NCBI GenBank assembly: GCA_014905635.1
Contig: JABVCE010000003.1
Span: 620,001-684,000 of the forward strand
From: Scenedesmus sp. PABB004
Lineage: Eukaryota
Direction: 5' to 3'
Length of the DNA stretch: 64,000 nt
Shown here: positions 11,961 through 24,442 of the stretch, piece by piece
Position numbering within the stretch: the stretch's first letter is position 1
Layout: every line of letters begins with the position of its first letter
The notes under the pieces: generated by a model
Seen by the model: only the letters and a program-made list of their open reading frames with translations
Database searches by the model: none
What the model was told of the DNA's origin: nothing
Translations under genes and position numbers: made by a program

Positions 11961-14900
11961 TCTCCCGTCGGGTGGCGCCAGGCCACGCACCTTGTGGTGG
12001 GCACGCTCGGCGCGCTGGAGGTGCCGAGCGCGGAGGCTCAGGACAGCGTCGCGCAGCTCAGCTTTGACTTCACAGCGGCAGGGGAGTGGTCCAACTACTG
12101 GACCAAGCTGCAGGTGTGCGCCCGCCTGCGCGGCCGAGCCAGCGGCGCGCGCGGCTGGCGTGTGTGCCTCTCGACGCCCGCGCGCCGGCGCGTGCGCACG
12201 CCCGCGCGCCGACGACGCACGCGCCACGCGCCGCAGTCGCTGTTCACCACGCCGCTGCTGGCACAGCCGGCGCTGCGCCGCTTCTTCCCAGCCAGCAGCC
12301 TGCCCGACGCCACGCGGCACCGCTCCTGGGTGGACAAGCGGTGCGGCGGCGCCGAGGGGGCCCCACAGGGGTGCCGAGCGCACGCAGCGCGCCGCCACCG
12401 CTGCCGCGCCGGCGCGTCGCTCGCGGCCGAGCTCAGCCGCCCGCTGCCCACCCGCGCGCCCCCGCAACCGCCCACTCACGCACCACGCGGCTGCCCGCGC
12501 GTGCAGCGGCATGTCGCTGGTGCCCTTCCTCAGCATGCAGGCGCGGCTGCAGGGCCTGCCGGTGGAGCAGCTGGACATGCACATGGCGCGCAGCGTGGCC
12601 GACGAGCTGGGCGTGGCGTACGCGCTGGTGGGGGCGGGCGGGGCGGGGCGCTTGTGCCGCGCGCGCGCCCGCCCGCGGCGCGGCGGCCGCTGGCGGCGCC
12701 GGCAGGCGCGCTGCGCGGGGCGCGCCAGCCGACGCCCCCCCCCCCCCCCCCCGGCCCGCACGCGCGCGCGCCAGGTGCTGCAGTATGTGACGAAGCTGCG
12801 GGCTGAGCTGAACGAGGAGCGCCAGCGCGCAGGGCTGGGCCGCGTGTACCTCAACGCCAAGCTCGCCCGCGGCAGCAACGGAGAGCGCCGGCGCGCCGAC
12901 AAAGCGTGCGCGGCGGCGGCGCGGGGCGCGGCGCGGCGCGGCGCGGCGGGGCGGCGGCCGCCGCCGCGGCGGGCGTGCACCGGTGCGCCCGCCCTGACGC
13001 GGCCGCCGCACCGGCGCCCCGCAGGCTGCGCCGCGAGCGCCGCCACAAGCAGGAGCAGCGCCGGCTGCGGCGCCAGCTCGAGGCCGCGGCGCGCCAGCAG
13101 GCGGGGCAGCCGCACGGCGGCGACGCTGCCGCGCTGGGCGGGCTGCCGGCTGCAGCTGCCGCCGCCGCCGCCGTCACGCCCTCGTCCGGGTCAGAGGACA
13201 CGGGCGGCTCCGACTCGGAGGGCGGCAGCCAGGCCGTCAGCCGCGCGGGCCGGCGGCGCAGCAGCGGCCGCGGCAGCAGCGGCAGCGATGGCAGCAGCGC
13301 CACGGACGACGACGAGGGCCGCCGCCCGGGCGGGCGCCGCGGCGCGGCTGGCGCTGCGGGCTCGCGCGGCAGCTGGCTGCCCAAGATTGCCTTTGAGCTG
13401 CAGCCCGCGGACCGGCCGCAGCCGGGGCCGGGCGACGCCGGCCGCGGCAGCAGCAGCAGCGAGTGGACGAGCGACGGGGAGGGCGGCGGCAGCAGGCGGC
13501 GGCGGGCGGCACGGCAGGTCGAGCCGGGCAGCGAGGGCGGCACGCCCCGGGGCACGCCACCGCTGCCTGCGGGTGAGGACAGCGACGTCGGCGGTGCTGT
13601 GCCGGAGCGAGTCGCGCGCACCGTCGCCAGACGGCACCGCTGGCGGCCGGAGCAGGACCGCCAGCTGCTGCGCTGGCTCGTTGCGCAGCGCATCGAGCAG
13701 GGCACGCGGGGCCAGGTGCGCGGCAGCGGCGCCGGCGCCTGCTGCTGGGCCCCCCCGCGTCGCCGCGCCCGCCGCACCCGCCGCACCCGCCGCACCCGCC
13801 GCGCCGCCCGCAGGTGCGCTGGCACCACCGCGGCGCGGGCGTGGGCCTGCCGCTGCGCGTGAGCGTGTGCATGCGGCGCCTCGCCTTCCTCAAGCGCCAG
13901 GAGGCCAGCAAGCTCACCATTGCCAGCATCGACGCGCAGGTCGGCGGCGCGGCAGCGCAGCCGCGGCGCGCGGCGCGGCGCGTGGCATCGACCGGCGCGG
14001 CGCGGCGCGGCGCGGCCAGCTGTGCGGGGTCTATGGCGGGCCGGCCACCCGCCGCCGCCCGCCGCCCGCCGCTGACCGGCCGTGCGCGCGCCCGTGCAGG
14101 CCAAGGAGATCCACGACGAGTTCAGCGCGCGCCGCACAGGGCTGCAGCAGCAGCTGCTGCGCATGGCGCAGCAGGGCCGGCTGTCGGCCAACCCGCTGGC
14201 GGCTGGCGGCGGCGAGCTGGGCTCGCCGCAGCACGCGGACCTGGCGCAGGGCCCGGTGCAGCCGCTGCCCGGCGCGGCGCGCCCGCGCGGCGCGGCGCCG
14301 GGCGGCGGCGGCGCGGGCCTGGCCGCCGCGCCCGGGCTGGACGCGGCGGGGCCGCACCGCGTGACGCCGCGCGGCGACGTCGTGCTGCTCCCGGATGACT
14401 CCATGCAGGCCAAGCTGGACCGGCTGATGGCGATGATTGACGAGTTTGCCACGCCCCGCCAGGCGAAGCGCGCCGCGCGCGAGGCGCGCGCGGCGGGCGC
14501 GCCGCACCGCCGCCGCGCCCGCGCGGGGCTGCGGCGCGGCGCGCGAGCGGCAGCGGCAGCGACAGGGACAGCGGCGGTGCGCGGGGCCTGTCAGCCGACG
14601 AGGCCGGGGAGGGGCGCGCCCTCAGCAGTGGCGAGTCAGAGGAGGAGACGGGCTGGGCGGCGGCGGGCGAGCGCCGCGCGCCGGGCCGCCGCGGCGGCCA
14701 GGTGCGGTCGCTGCTCACCGTGGCGGACCGCATGGCGCGCGACGCAGAGGCCACGGCCGCCGCGCTGGCGGCCGCGGCGGCGTCGTTCGCGCAGCGCCGC
14801 GCCGCGGGCGAGGTCATCTCGGCCGACACGGAGGAGCGCGAGCGCCAGGCGGCCGTGCAGGCGGCGCTGGCGGGCGCCGGGCGGCGGCGCCGGGGGCGCG

Positions 14901-17652
14901 GCGGCCGCGACGCAGAGCTGGCGGGCGGCGCCGCGGGGGCTATCACGGACACGCGCGCGCTGATCAGCTCCTGGCAGCGGCACCACGCCGGCGTGGCGTC
15001 GCGGCCGGGCGGCGCGGGCGCGCGGGCCGCGCCGTCGCTGGGCGGCACGGCAGAGGGCGAGCAGGCGGTGCCCGCGCCGGCGGCCAGCGGCAGCAGGGAA
15101 GGCACGCCGCTGGCGGAGGCGGAGCGCTCGAGCCCCGCAGCCGCGCAGGGCGAGGCTGCGCCCGGCGGCGGCCGGGCGGCGGCCGCGGGCCCCGCGGGCC
15201 CGGGGCTGCCGGGCTGGCCGTACGGCGCCGCGCCCACGCCGCCCGTCGCAGCGGCCATGCACCTCGCGGTGTCGCTGCTGCACATCGTCTCGGTGGAGGG
15301 GCGGCTGCCCTCGGACGCGTCCACCGCGCTGCTGCGGCGCTTCACGCAGGTGAGCGGCGCTTGCAGGAGAGCCGGCCCTGCACACGTCCACACAGCCGGC
15401 CCTCATGCCGGCGCGCCGCGCCTCCTGCCCCCCCCCCCCCGCCGCCGCCGCTGCCCTGCGCAGGCGGAGGTTGCGGCGGCCTTCCGCTGGCTGCGCGCGC
15501 TGGGCTGGGTCAACAGCGGCGCCGCGCGGCGGCCGTTCCAGCTCAGCAGGGAGTGGAGCAAGCGCCTGCGCGGTGAGGGGGGCCTGGCGGAGCTGCTGGA
15601 CCGCGCGCTGCCCGCGCACCTGGCGCTGCTGGAGCTGGGGCTCGCCACGCCGGCGAGCGAGGCGGCCGCCGAGGCTGGGGTGATGGGTCAGCGCGCAGCG
15701 GCAGACGGCCAGACCCCCGGCGGAGCTGTCGGCCAGCCGGCGCTGCTCGCGGCGCACCTGCAGCTGCTGGACGGCGAGCAGCAGGATCGCGAGCTGGCGG
15801 AGCAGGCGGCGGCCCAGGAGGCGGGGGGCGGGCAGCAGGGGGCGGAGCAGGCCGCCGCAGCGCACGCCGGCGGCGACGCCGCGATGGCGGAGCAGGGCGA
15901 GCAGCGCATCGCTGCGGCAGAGGGGCAGCGCGAGGCGGCCCCCCTGCCGCACAGCTCCGGTGGCGGCGCCAGGCCGGCGGCGCCAGCAGCGCAAAGCCCA
16001 GCTACGCCGCGCGCCTGGGGAGCTGCCGGGCGGCCCTGCACCCCGTCGCCGGCGGCGGCGGCCGGGTCTGGGTGGGCCTGCAGCCGCAGGCGCCGGCGGC
16101 AGGCGCGCAAGCCACGCCGGCCGCGCAGGCGCCCCGGGCGCCGCCCCTTCCCGGCGCGCTGGTCTTGGAGCTGGTGCTCGGGGCGGCCGCGGGCGGGCTG
16201 CAGCTGGCGCTGTGCCCCACGCTGCAGGCCGGCCCGGGCGAGGGGCCTGGCAGCACCACGGGCGAGCCGGCCGCCCTCCTCAGCAGGGTGCCGCAGCTGC
16301 TAGTGGCGGCGGGCCCGGCTGCTGCTGCCGCAGGCGGCCCGCCGGGCAGCGAGTCGGCGCCGGCACCGGGCGGCGCCGCCGCCAGCAGGCCGCCGCTCGT
16401 TTACGTGAGCGTCGGACCCGCCGCGACGGCGGCCGGCGGCGCCGGCGAGCCTGCGCCGCGCAAACGCGCGTCGCCCGGCGCGGACGCCCCGGGCGCGCAG
16501 CAGGAGCCCGCGGGCGAGGGCGCGGAGCGGTTTGCGCCGCTGCGCGTGGGCGAGGACGCCGCGCTGCGTGCGCAGGCCGAGGCGGCGTGCGTGGCGGCTG
16601 CGGCGGCGGCAGAGCCTGGCGACGGCTTGAGCCCCTCGCAGTGCCGCGCCAAGCGCCGCCGCACGGGGCGCAGCACGCAGGCAGGAGCGGAGCAGGACAG
16701 CGACGCCGCCGGCCCGGGCGCGCTGCATCCCGCCGTGCTGCGCGCTGTGCTGGCGGCGGTGCGCGAGGCGGGGCCGCAGGGCGCGGCGGCGGCGGGCCTG
16801 GCGCGCATGCTGCAGGACGCCGCGACGCCGCCGGCTGAGGGCGGCCAAGACCTCGGGGGCGAGGCCGGCGGCGAGCGCGCGCAGGCGCTGGCTGCCCTGC
16901 CTGCTGGCGCGGCGCCGCGCGGCGCCGCATCCGCCGCTGCGGCCGTGGCTGCCAGCCTGGCAGCGCTTCAGCGCCACGGCCTGGTGCGGCTCGTGCCGGG
17001 CTGGCATGGCGACGTGTGGCTGTCGGCGGAGGACAGCCAGCGCCTGCTGGCCTGGCCGCCGCCGCCTGAGGCAGGGGCGGCACCTGGCGGCGAGCGCGCG
17101 GCGCCGGCGGCCGGCGGCGAGGGCGAGGAGCAGGCGGAGCGCAAGGCAGCGGCAGGCGGCGAGGTGCTGGTCGCGCCCTGGCGGGACCACCGCGGCCGCG
17201 TCAACCGCGGCGTGTGGCACGGCCTGGTCAAGCGCGTGGTGGGCCTGGTGCTGCGCAACCCAGGCATTCCTGAGCCGCTGCTGCTGGCGCAGCTGGACGT
17301 GCTGAGCCCCGCCGCGGCGCGGCAGCTGCTGACGGAGCTGGCGGCGCAGGGCCACGTCATCGTGCGCGGCGTGGCGGTGGCGGGGCCGCGCGGCGGGCAG
17401 CCGTCCAGCGCCGGCGGCAGCAGCGGCGCTGGCACCGCGCTGCGGCTGGGCCTCGCCCTCGCGTGCTGCGCGCCGGCGGCGGCGCCCGGGCAGCCGCCCT
17501 CGCTGCTGCTGGCGCCGCCGCAGCGGCCAGCGGCTGGCGACGGCGGCGGCGGGGGCGAGGGCGGGGGCGAGGTCGTGCGGCACTACTGGCCGTCGCTGAC
17601 GGGCACCACCGCGCACGTGGCAGCCGCGCCGCCGACGGCGTGGGCGGCGTGA
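6290..17652 (+). CDS. TFIIIC largest (B-block binding) subunit, GTF3C1/Tfc3-like; many exons, boundaries approximate
   Basis: N-terminus MDALHAAALEEVALEGRQG|CSLPVLW; winged-helix-like GAVQTDMARALGVQNRNFFYVLK|MLEARQLVVR; LLRARLLHQYL; C-terminal PWRDHRGRVNRGVWHGLVKRVVGLVLRNPGIPEPLL. Contains apparent frameshifts. Confidence 0.75.
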
Positions 17653-18270
17653 GCGGCGCACAGGAGCGGGTTGCGCAGGCGCGTGGGTTGTCGTTGTCGT
17701 TGCCAGGGCCCCCTGGGCGGCGGTGGTGCACGCCTGCAACATCACACGCCCTGGCCAGCCGCGCGGCGACTGCCGTCGGGCCGCTCGGCGCGGCGCGAGG
17801 GCTGAGCGCGGGCAGGCAGGCCAGGCAGGCCACACCAGTGAGGTCAGCAGCTGGGCCGTGGCCTGGTGGGTGCGCGCCGGGCAGCCAGGCGGTCGGCACC
17901 GTCACGATGCCCGCGGCGCCCGGTCAAGGCCGCGGCGCGTGCTCGCCCCGCTCGCCACAGCCTTGCCCACGGCGTTCTAGCAGCTGCCGCAGCCCCCTCA
18001 GGCGATCCCGCGGCCCCCCGCCGCCCGTGCCCGGACTAGCCGTTTGAACGCGCGCGCGCGCCCGCCGCGCCTCGCCAGGTCGTGTGCCTGCGCTGCCGGT
18101 GAGCGCCTGGCTGCGGCCGCCTCACGCCCGGTCCCTGGAGCCGCGCTGCGCCAGCGTAGCTGCCAGCAACGCACTGCAGCGCCGACCGCCGGCGCCCACG
18201 CGCGCTGCGCCCCCCGCTGCCGCACGCGCCCGCCGCAGCCCCTGGCCAGTCCTTCCAGGCCCACCGCACC

Positions 18271-18800
18271 ATGAACCGCGCCGTGCTGCTGGCCCTGCTG
18301 GGGCTGGCGCTGGTCGGCAGCGCCGCCGACGCCGCGTGGACGCCCGCGAGCAGCGCCTGCGACGCGGCGGCGCCCCCGGCCGAGTTTGGCGGGCCCGTGA
18401 CCGACCTGTGAGTGCCGGGCTTGCAGCACAGGACTGGCGCGCGCCGTCACGGGCGTCGACTGTCGCACCGCGCGCGCACGCGCGCGCCCTGGCTCGCAGC
18501 ACAGGACTGGCGCGGAGACCGCTGCCCCGCCGCCCGTGCCGCCGCAGCAAGACGCTCGTCAACGTGACCACCACCGCCACCGGCCTGCCCACGGACGCGC
18601 TGTGCCCGGGCGTGCTGTACAAGGTCAAGGCCAAGTTTCCGGAGCGCCGCAAGTTCATCGCCACGACCACGCTCGGCAGCTTTGCGGGCGCCGACACGGC
18701 TTGGTGAGCGCTGCGGCCCGGCGGCTCCTCGCGTGGCCTGGGTGGTGCTGCTGCGTGCTCGCTGCGCCGCGCCGCCCCTCGACCCGCTGCGACTGGTCGC

Positions 18801-18831
<31 letters not shown>

Positions 18832-19896
18832 TGCACAGTCCCAACCGCATGGTCAACAGCGCCGGCACCGCCAGCGTGGTGCTGCCGCTGACGCTGCCCT
18901 GCGGCGCGGCCGGCACCGCCACGCTGAGCATCGCGGGCGTGCTCTTCAACAAGACCTCTGCCAACACCTACAAGCTGCTCACGCTGCCGCTGCCCATCGC
19001 GGCGCTGTCGGCCTGCCCCGCCTCCACCTGCGTCGCCGACGCGAGCAGCGGCGCAGGTGCGCGTGCACTGCGCTGCGGCGCTGCGGGGCGCTCGCTGGTC
19101 GCCCTTTGCCCCCCCCCCCCCCCCTCCCCCTCCTTGCGTCTGCCCCCAACGAGCGCTGCTGCCGCCCGCCTCGGCAGGCGCCACGGCCGCCGGGGGCATG
19201 CCCAACCTGAACCTCGCGTTTGACCTGAACAGCCTGCTCAACCCCACGGGCAGCGCCAACCCCCTCGCCGGCCTGGCCACCATCGTGCAGGGCCTCGTGG
19301 CGGCGGGCACTGGCGGCGCCGCCGCCGCGAGCAACGCGTCCGTCGGCACCGACCATCTGTCTGGCCTGCTGGGCGCGCTGCAGACGCTGGGCGCGCTGGT
19401 CAACCCTGCCGCTGCGGCCAACTCTGGCGCCGCCGCCGGCGTCCCCGACGTGTCTGACTTCCTGGGCGCCCTCGGCAGCATCGCGGCGCTGGCCAACCCC
19501 TCGTCCGCTGCCAGCAGCTCCTCCACCACCAGCTCTCCCGGCTCCGGCATCCTGAGCCTGCTGGGCTCGCTGCAGACGTTGCAGTCCACGCTGGGCGGCG
19601 CGGCCGCGACCGGCGAGGCGACCCCGTCCGGCCTGGCCAACGTGCTGGGCGCGCTCAAGTCCGTCGGCGCCCTACTCAACCCGACCGCCAGCGCCGCGCC
19701 GGCTGCCGCGTCCCCGCTGAGCGCGCTGATGAGCAGCGGGCAGAACCTGATGTCCAGCGTGAGCGCGCTCATGCCCGCGGACGGCGCGAGCAGCAGCCCC
19801 AACCTCAACCTGGGTGCCACGTTCAAGTTTGTGCTCTCGGTGGGCGATTTCTTCAGCAAGCTGTCCGCGCTCGCGCCGCGCGCCACCAGCGGCTGA
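18271..19896 (+). CDS. Secreted protein: signal peptide, Cys-containing beta domain (possibly reeler-like), Ser/Ala/Leu-rich repetitive C-terminus; copy A
   Basis: MNRAVLLALLGLALVGSAADA signal peptide; GT-AG spliced exons giving ALCPGVLYKVKAKFPERRKFIATTTLGSFAG...LTLPCG...SACPASTC; last exon ends 19896. Confidence 0.75.
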
Positions 19897-20347
19897 CGGC
19901 TGCGCGGCGGGGCTCAATAACATGGGGGCGCGCTGCTTGCGTGCGCGCACGGGATCGAGTCTGCGCGCACGAGCCGACTGACAGGATGGGGGAGCAGGCT
20001 GCAAATAAGGGCGCGCGCGCGCCGCACGCGGCTGCCGCTGTGCGAGCGCTCTGCCAGCGCGGCCGTGCGCCGCGCAGATCTGTTTCTTTGCACTGCAGTG
20101 CATGCAGGGGTCTGTGCAGGCCTGGCTGGGCGGGACAGGGGCGGCTGGCAGCGCAGCGGTGCCTAGCAGCAAAGCGCGCGCACGGCGGCCCCTCTGGCCC
20201 TGGCTGCGCGCGTGGTCTCGGTGCCGGGGCTTCGCAGCCGCGACACCGAGCATGCTGGCTGGCGGCGGCGCGCGTTCTGGGGTCGAGGTAACCGGCGTCG
20301 CCCAATGGTGCCGAGGTGAGCCGCTAAGAAACTCGTTGACCGGCCAA

Positions 20348-20812
20348 GCGCTTCAGCGCAGAAGCGCCGGCCTGGCAGTGACACCGCACCCCGCGCCCCA
20401 AAGTGCACCGCCAGTCAGTGTGTGCGCGGATCAGTCAGTGTGAGGGACGCCGCGCACTGCCCCCGCCCTGCAGCGCTGATCGCGCCGGGGGGGGGGGGGC
20501 ATCGTGCGCGCGACTTCCCCGCAGCTGCCGCTCGGTCTATTCTGCGCCCCAAGCGCCAGGTGAGCCTGCAAGCGCGCTGCGAAACTCGTGCGCCGGCCGA
20601 GCGACAGCGGCGTGCCTCATCGCGTGGGGGTGGGCGGGCGCATCCCTCAGCAGCGGGGCGCGGCCGCAGCGCTGCGCCCGAGCCCACTCGTGCGCGCGTG
20701 GCTGAAGCCCAGCGCTGGCACCAGCCCCCGCGCTCGCCGCCAGGCCCTGTCGCAGCCTCACCGGCCGCCGCCGCCGCCCCGCGCCGCAACCCCAGAGGGC
20801 TGGCGCGCGCCG
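20348..20812. repeat. ~460 bp segment repeated in inverted orientation at ~25548-26004
   Basis: gcgcttcagcgcagaagcgccggcctggcagtgacaccgcacc... matches the reverse complement of 25960-26004. Shared ORF text e.g. ARCETRAPAERQRRASSRGGGRAHPSAAG. Confidence 0.9.
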
Positions 20813-21194
20813 CCAGGAGTTACCTCGACCCAAGAACGCATGCCGTCGCTCAGCCCAGCAGCCCCGGCACCGAGACCACGCGCGCAGCCAGGGCCAGAGG
20901 GGCCGCCGTGCGCGCGCTTTGCTGCTAGGCACCGCTGCGCTGCCAGCCGCCCCTGTCCCGCCCAGCCAGGCCTGCACAGACCCCTGCATGCACTGCAGTG
21001 CAAAGAAACAGATCTGCGCGGCGCACGGCCGCGCTGGCAGAGCGCTCGCACAGCGGCAGCCGCGTGCGGCGCGCGCGCGCCCTTATTTGCAGCCTGCTCC
21101 CCCATCCTGTCAGTCGGCTCGTGCGCGCAGACTCGATCCCGTGCGCGCACGCAAGCAGCGCGCCCCCATGTTATTGAGCCCCGCCGCGCAGCCG

Positions 21195-22263
21195 TCAGCC
21201 GCTGGTGGCGCGCGGCGCGAGCGCGGACAGCTTGCTGAAGAAATCGCCCACCGAGAGCACAAACTTGAACGTGGCACCCAGGTTGAGGTTGGGGCTGCTG
21301 CTCGCGCCGTCCGCGGGCATGAGCGCGCTCACGCTGGACATCAGGTTCTGCCCGCTGCTCATCAGCGCGCTCAGCGGGGACGCGGCAGCCGGCGCGGCGC
21401 TGGCGGTCGGGTTGAGTAGGGCGCCGACGGACTTGAGCGCGCCCAGCACGTTGGCCAGGCCGGACGGGGTCGCCTCGCCGGTCGCGGCCGCGCCGCCCAG
21501 CGTGGACTGCAGCGTCTGCAGCGAGCCCAGCAGGCTCAGGATGCCGGAGCCGGGAGAGCTGGTGGTGGAGGAGCTGCTGGCAGCGGACGAGGGGTTGGCC
21601 AGCGCCGCGATGCTGCCGAGGGCGCCCAGGAAGTCAGACACGTCGGGGACGCCGGCGGCGGCGCCAGAGTTGGCCGCAGCGGCAGGGTTGACCAGCGCGC
21701 CCAGCGTCTGCAGCGCGCCCAGCAGGCCAGACAGATGGTCGGTGCCGACGGACGCGTTGCTCGCGGCGGCGGCGCCGCCAGTGCCCGCCGCCACGAGGCC
21801 CTGCACGATGGTGGCCAGGCCGGCGAGGGGGTTGGCGCTGCCCGTGGGGTTGAGCAGGCTGTTCAGGTCAAACGCGAGGTTCAGGTTGGGCATGTCCCCG
21901 GCGGCCGTGGCGCCTGCCGAGGCGGGCGGCAGCAGCGCTCGTTGGGGGCAGACGCAAGGAGGGGGGGGGGGGGGGGGGGGAGGGGGCAAAGGGCGACCAG
22001 CGAGCGCCCCGCAGCGCCGCAGCGCAGTGCACGCGCACCTGCGCCGCTGCTCGCGTCGGCGACGCAGGTGGAGGCGGGGCAGGCCGACAGCGCCGCGATG
22101 GGCAGCGGCAGCGTGAGCAGCTTGTAGGTGTTGGCAGAGGTCTTGTTGAAGAGCACGCCCGCGATGCTCAGCGTGGCGGTGCCGGCCGCGCCGCAGGGCA
22201 GCGTCAGCGGCAGCACCACGCTGGCGGTGCCGGCGCTGTTGACCATGCGGTTGGGACTGTGCA

Positions 22264-22294
<31 letters not shown>

Positions 22295-22824
22295 GCGACC
22301 AGTCGCAGCGGGTCGAGGGGCGGCGCGGCGCAGCGAGCACGCAGCAGCACCACCCAGGCCACGCGAGGAGCCGCCGGGCCGCAGCGCTCACCAAGCCGTG
22401 TCGGCGCCCGCAAAGCTGCCGAGCGTGGTCGTGGCGATGAACTTGCGGCGCTCCGGAAACTTGGCCTTGACCTTGTACAGCACGCCCGGGCACAGCGCGT
22501 CCGTGGGCAGGCCGGTGGCGGTGGTGGTCACGTTGACGAGCGTCTTGCTGCGGCGGCACGGGCGGCGGGGCAGCGGTCTCCGCGCCAGTCCTGTGCTGCG
22601 AGCCAGGGCGCGCGCGTGCGCGCGCGGTGCGACAGTCGACGCCCGTGACGGCGCGCGCCAGTCCTGTGCTGCAAGCCCGGCACTCACAGGTCGGTCACGG
22701 GCCCGCCAAACTCGGCCGGGGGCGCCGCCGCGTCGCAGGCGCTGCTCGCGGGCGTCCACGCGGCGTCGGCGGCGCTGCCGACCAGCGCCAGCCCCAGCAG
22801 GGCCAGCAGCACGGCGCGGTTCAT
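21195..22824 (-). CDS. Secreted protein, copy B (inverted duplicate of 18271-19896)
   Basis: Reverse-complement copy of copy A with one visible amino-acid change (AAGGMPN vs AAGDMPN). Confidence 0.75.
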
Positions 22825-24442
22825 GGTGCGGTGGGCCTGGAAGGACTGGCCAGGGGCTGCGGCGGGCGCGTGCGGCAGCGGGGGGCGCAGCGCGCGTGGG
22901 CGCCGGCGGTCGGCGCTGCAGTGCGTTGCTGGCAGCTACGCTGGCGCAGCGCGGCTCCAGGGACCGGGCGTGAGGCGGCCGCAGCCAGGCGCTCACCGGC
23001 AGCGCAGGCACACGACCTGGCGAGGCGCGGCGGGCGCGCGCGCGCGTTCAAACGGCTAGTCCGGGCACGGGCGGCGGGGGGCCGCGGGATCGCCTGAGGG
23101 GGCTGCGGCAGCTGCTAGAACGCCGTTGGCAAGGCTGTGGCGAGCGGGGCGAGCACGCACCGCGGCCTTGACCGGGCGCCGCGGGCGTCGTGACGGTGCC
23201 GACCGCCTGGCTGCCCGGCGCGCACCCACCAGGCCACGGCCCAGCTGCTGACCTCACTGGTGTGGCCTGCCTGGCCTGCCTGCCCGCGCTCAGCAGCCCC
23301 CGCGCCGCGCCGAGCGGCCCGACGGCAGTCGCCGCGCGGCTGGCCAAGGCGTCTGATGTTGCAGGCGTGCACCACCGCCGCCCAGGGGGCCCTGGCAACG
23401 ACAACGACAACCCACGCGCCTGCGCAACCCGCTCCTGCGCGCCGCTCACGCCGGCCGCCCACGCCGTCGGCGGCCATCGGCCAGTGAAAGTCAAAGTGCT
23501 GCAAGATCCCCCCCCACACACACACACACACGCACACGGCCCCGCCAGCCTCTGGCCACCACGGTGGCGCAGCAGCAGCAAGGGCGGCACCACCGCCGGC
23601 GCGCAGCACGTGAGGGCGAGGCCCAGCCGCAGCGCGGCGCCGCCGCCCCCGCGGCATGCGGGCCGTCCGGCGCGCCCCCCGCCCCCCGCCCCCTCTTGTT
23701 TCATACTACCTTGAGGGGAGGCGTACGCCTCCGCTCCGCACGGCAAATGTGCAGCGGAAACGCTGCGACTTGGTTGGTGCCCCCCCCCCCCCCAGGCACG
23801 CCCGGCGGGTGGATCCAACCTCCAGCCTCCACCCAGGAACGCCTTGCCTGGCTCAAACCTCCCCCAGGGCCAGCCACCGCACAGCTCGAGCTTGGGCCCC
23901 CAACCCCCCGGTTGCCCCCCTGTTGTGCGGCGCCGAGGCGCTCACGGGCTTCACAAAACATGACATGGACCAGCATGCGCGGGGCGCAGGAAAGCTGAGT
24001 GCGGGGGACCGTGGCCGCCACGCTGACATGGTGTGCATGCGCAGAAGCAAAAAAAACCGATGCCGGCATCCGTCCGAGGCAGCCACCGGGCGCTGCCAGC
24101 AAACTGAATCGCGCCGCCACGCACGCGGCGGGCAGGCCAGGGGCGCTCAAGAGCCTGCCCACTGCTGTGAGTTTGCGCCCCGTACAACAAGTTTGGCCAG
24201 CCGCCGCGCGCGCGTGCGTAGTGCGCACGCGCGCGCTTTTGATTCAAGTCGGCGTGGCAGTGCAACGGGTGACAGAATGAAGGGGGATCAGATCATACGA
24301 GTGGTGTGTGTGGCGGTTCAGGCCCGGCAGCCCGGGGCCTGTGAGACTAGGTGAGGCAGGTGAGGTAGCAGCACAAAAGGGGGCGTGCGCCAGGCAGGCT
24401 AAACGCGTGCGGCGCCCCCCACACACCACGGACACGAGCCAC

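Larger units (their letters stand above)
17631..23471. repeat. Large inverted repeat: arms ~17631-20231 and ~20860-23471, ~630 bp spacer
   Basis: ORF track shows identical proteins on opposite strands (18084..18707+ = 22388..23011-). Arm coordinate sums are ~41091-41095. Only a few substitutions and a poly-C length difference separate the arms. Confidence 0.97.

Noticed and set aside
17631..23471. Inverted repeat as TIRs of a transposon
   Set aside because: The arms contain a host-type spliced gene and part of the neighbouring gene; no transposase or TSD seen
23656..24400. ORFs in the lower-GC gap after the inverted repeat
   Set aside because: No protein-like composition; likely UTR or intergenic DNA
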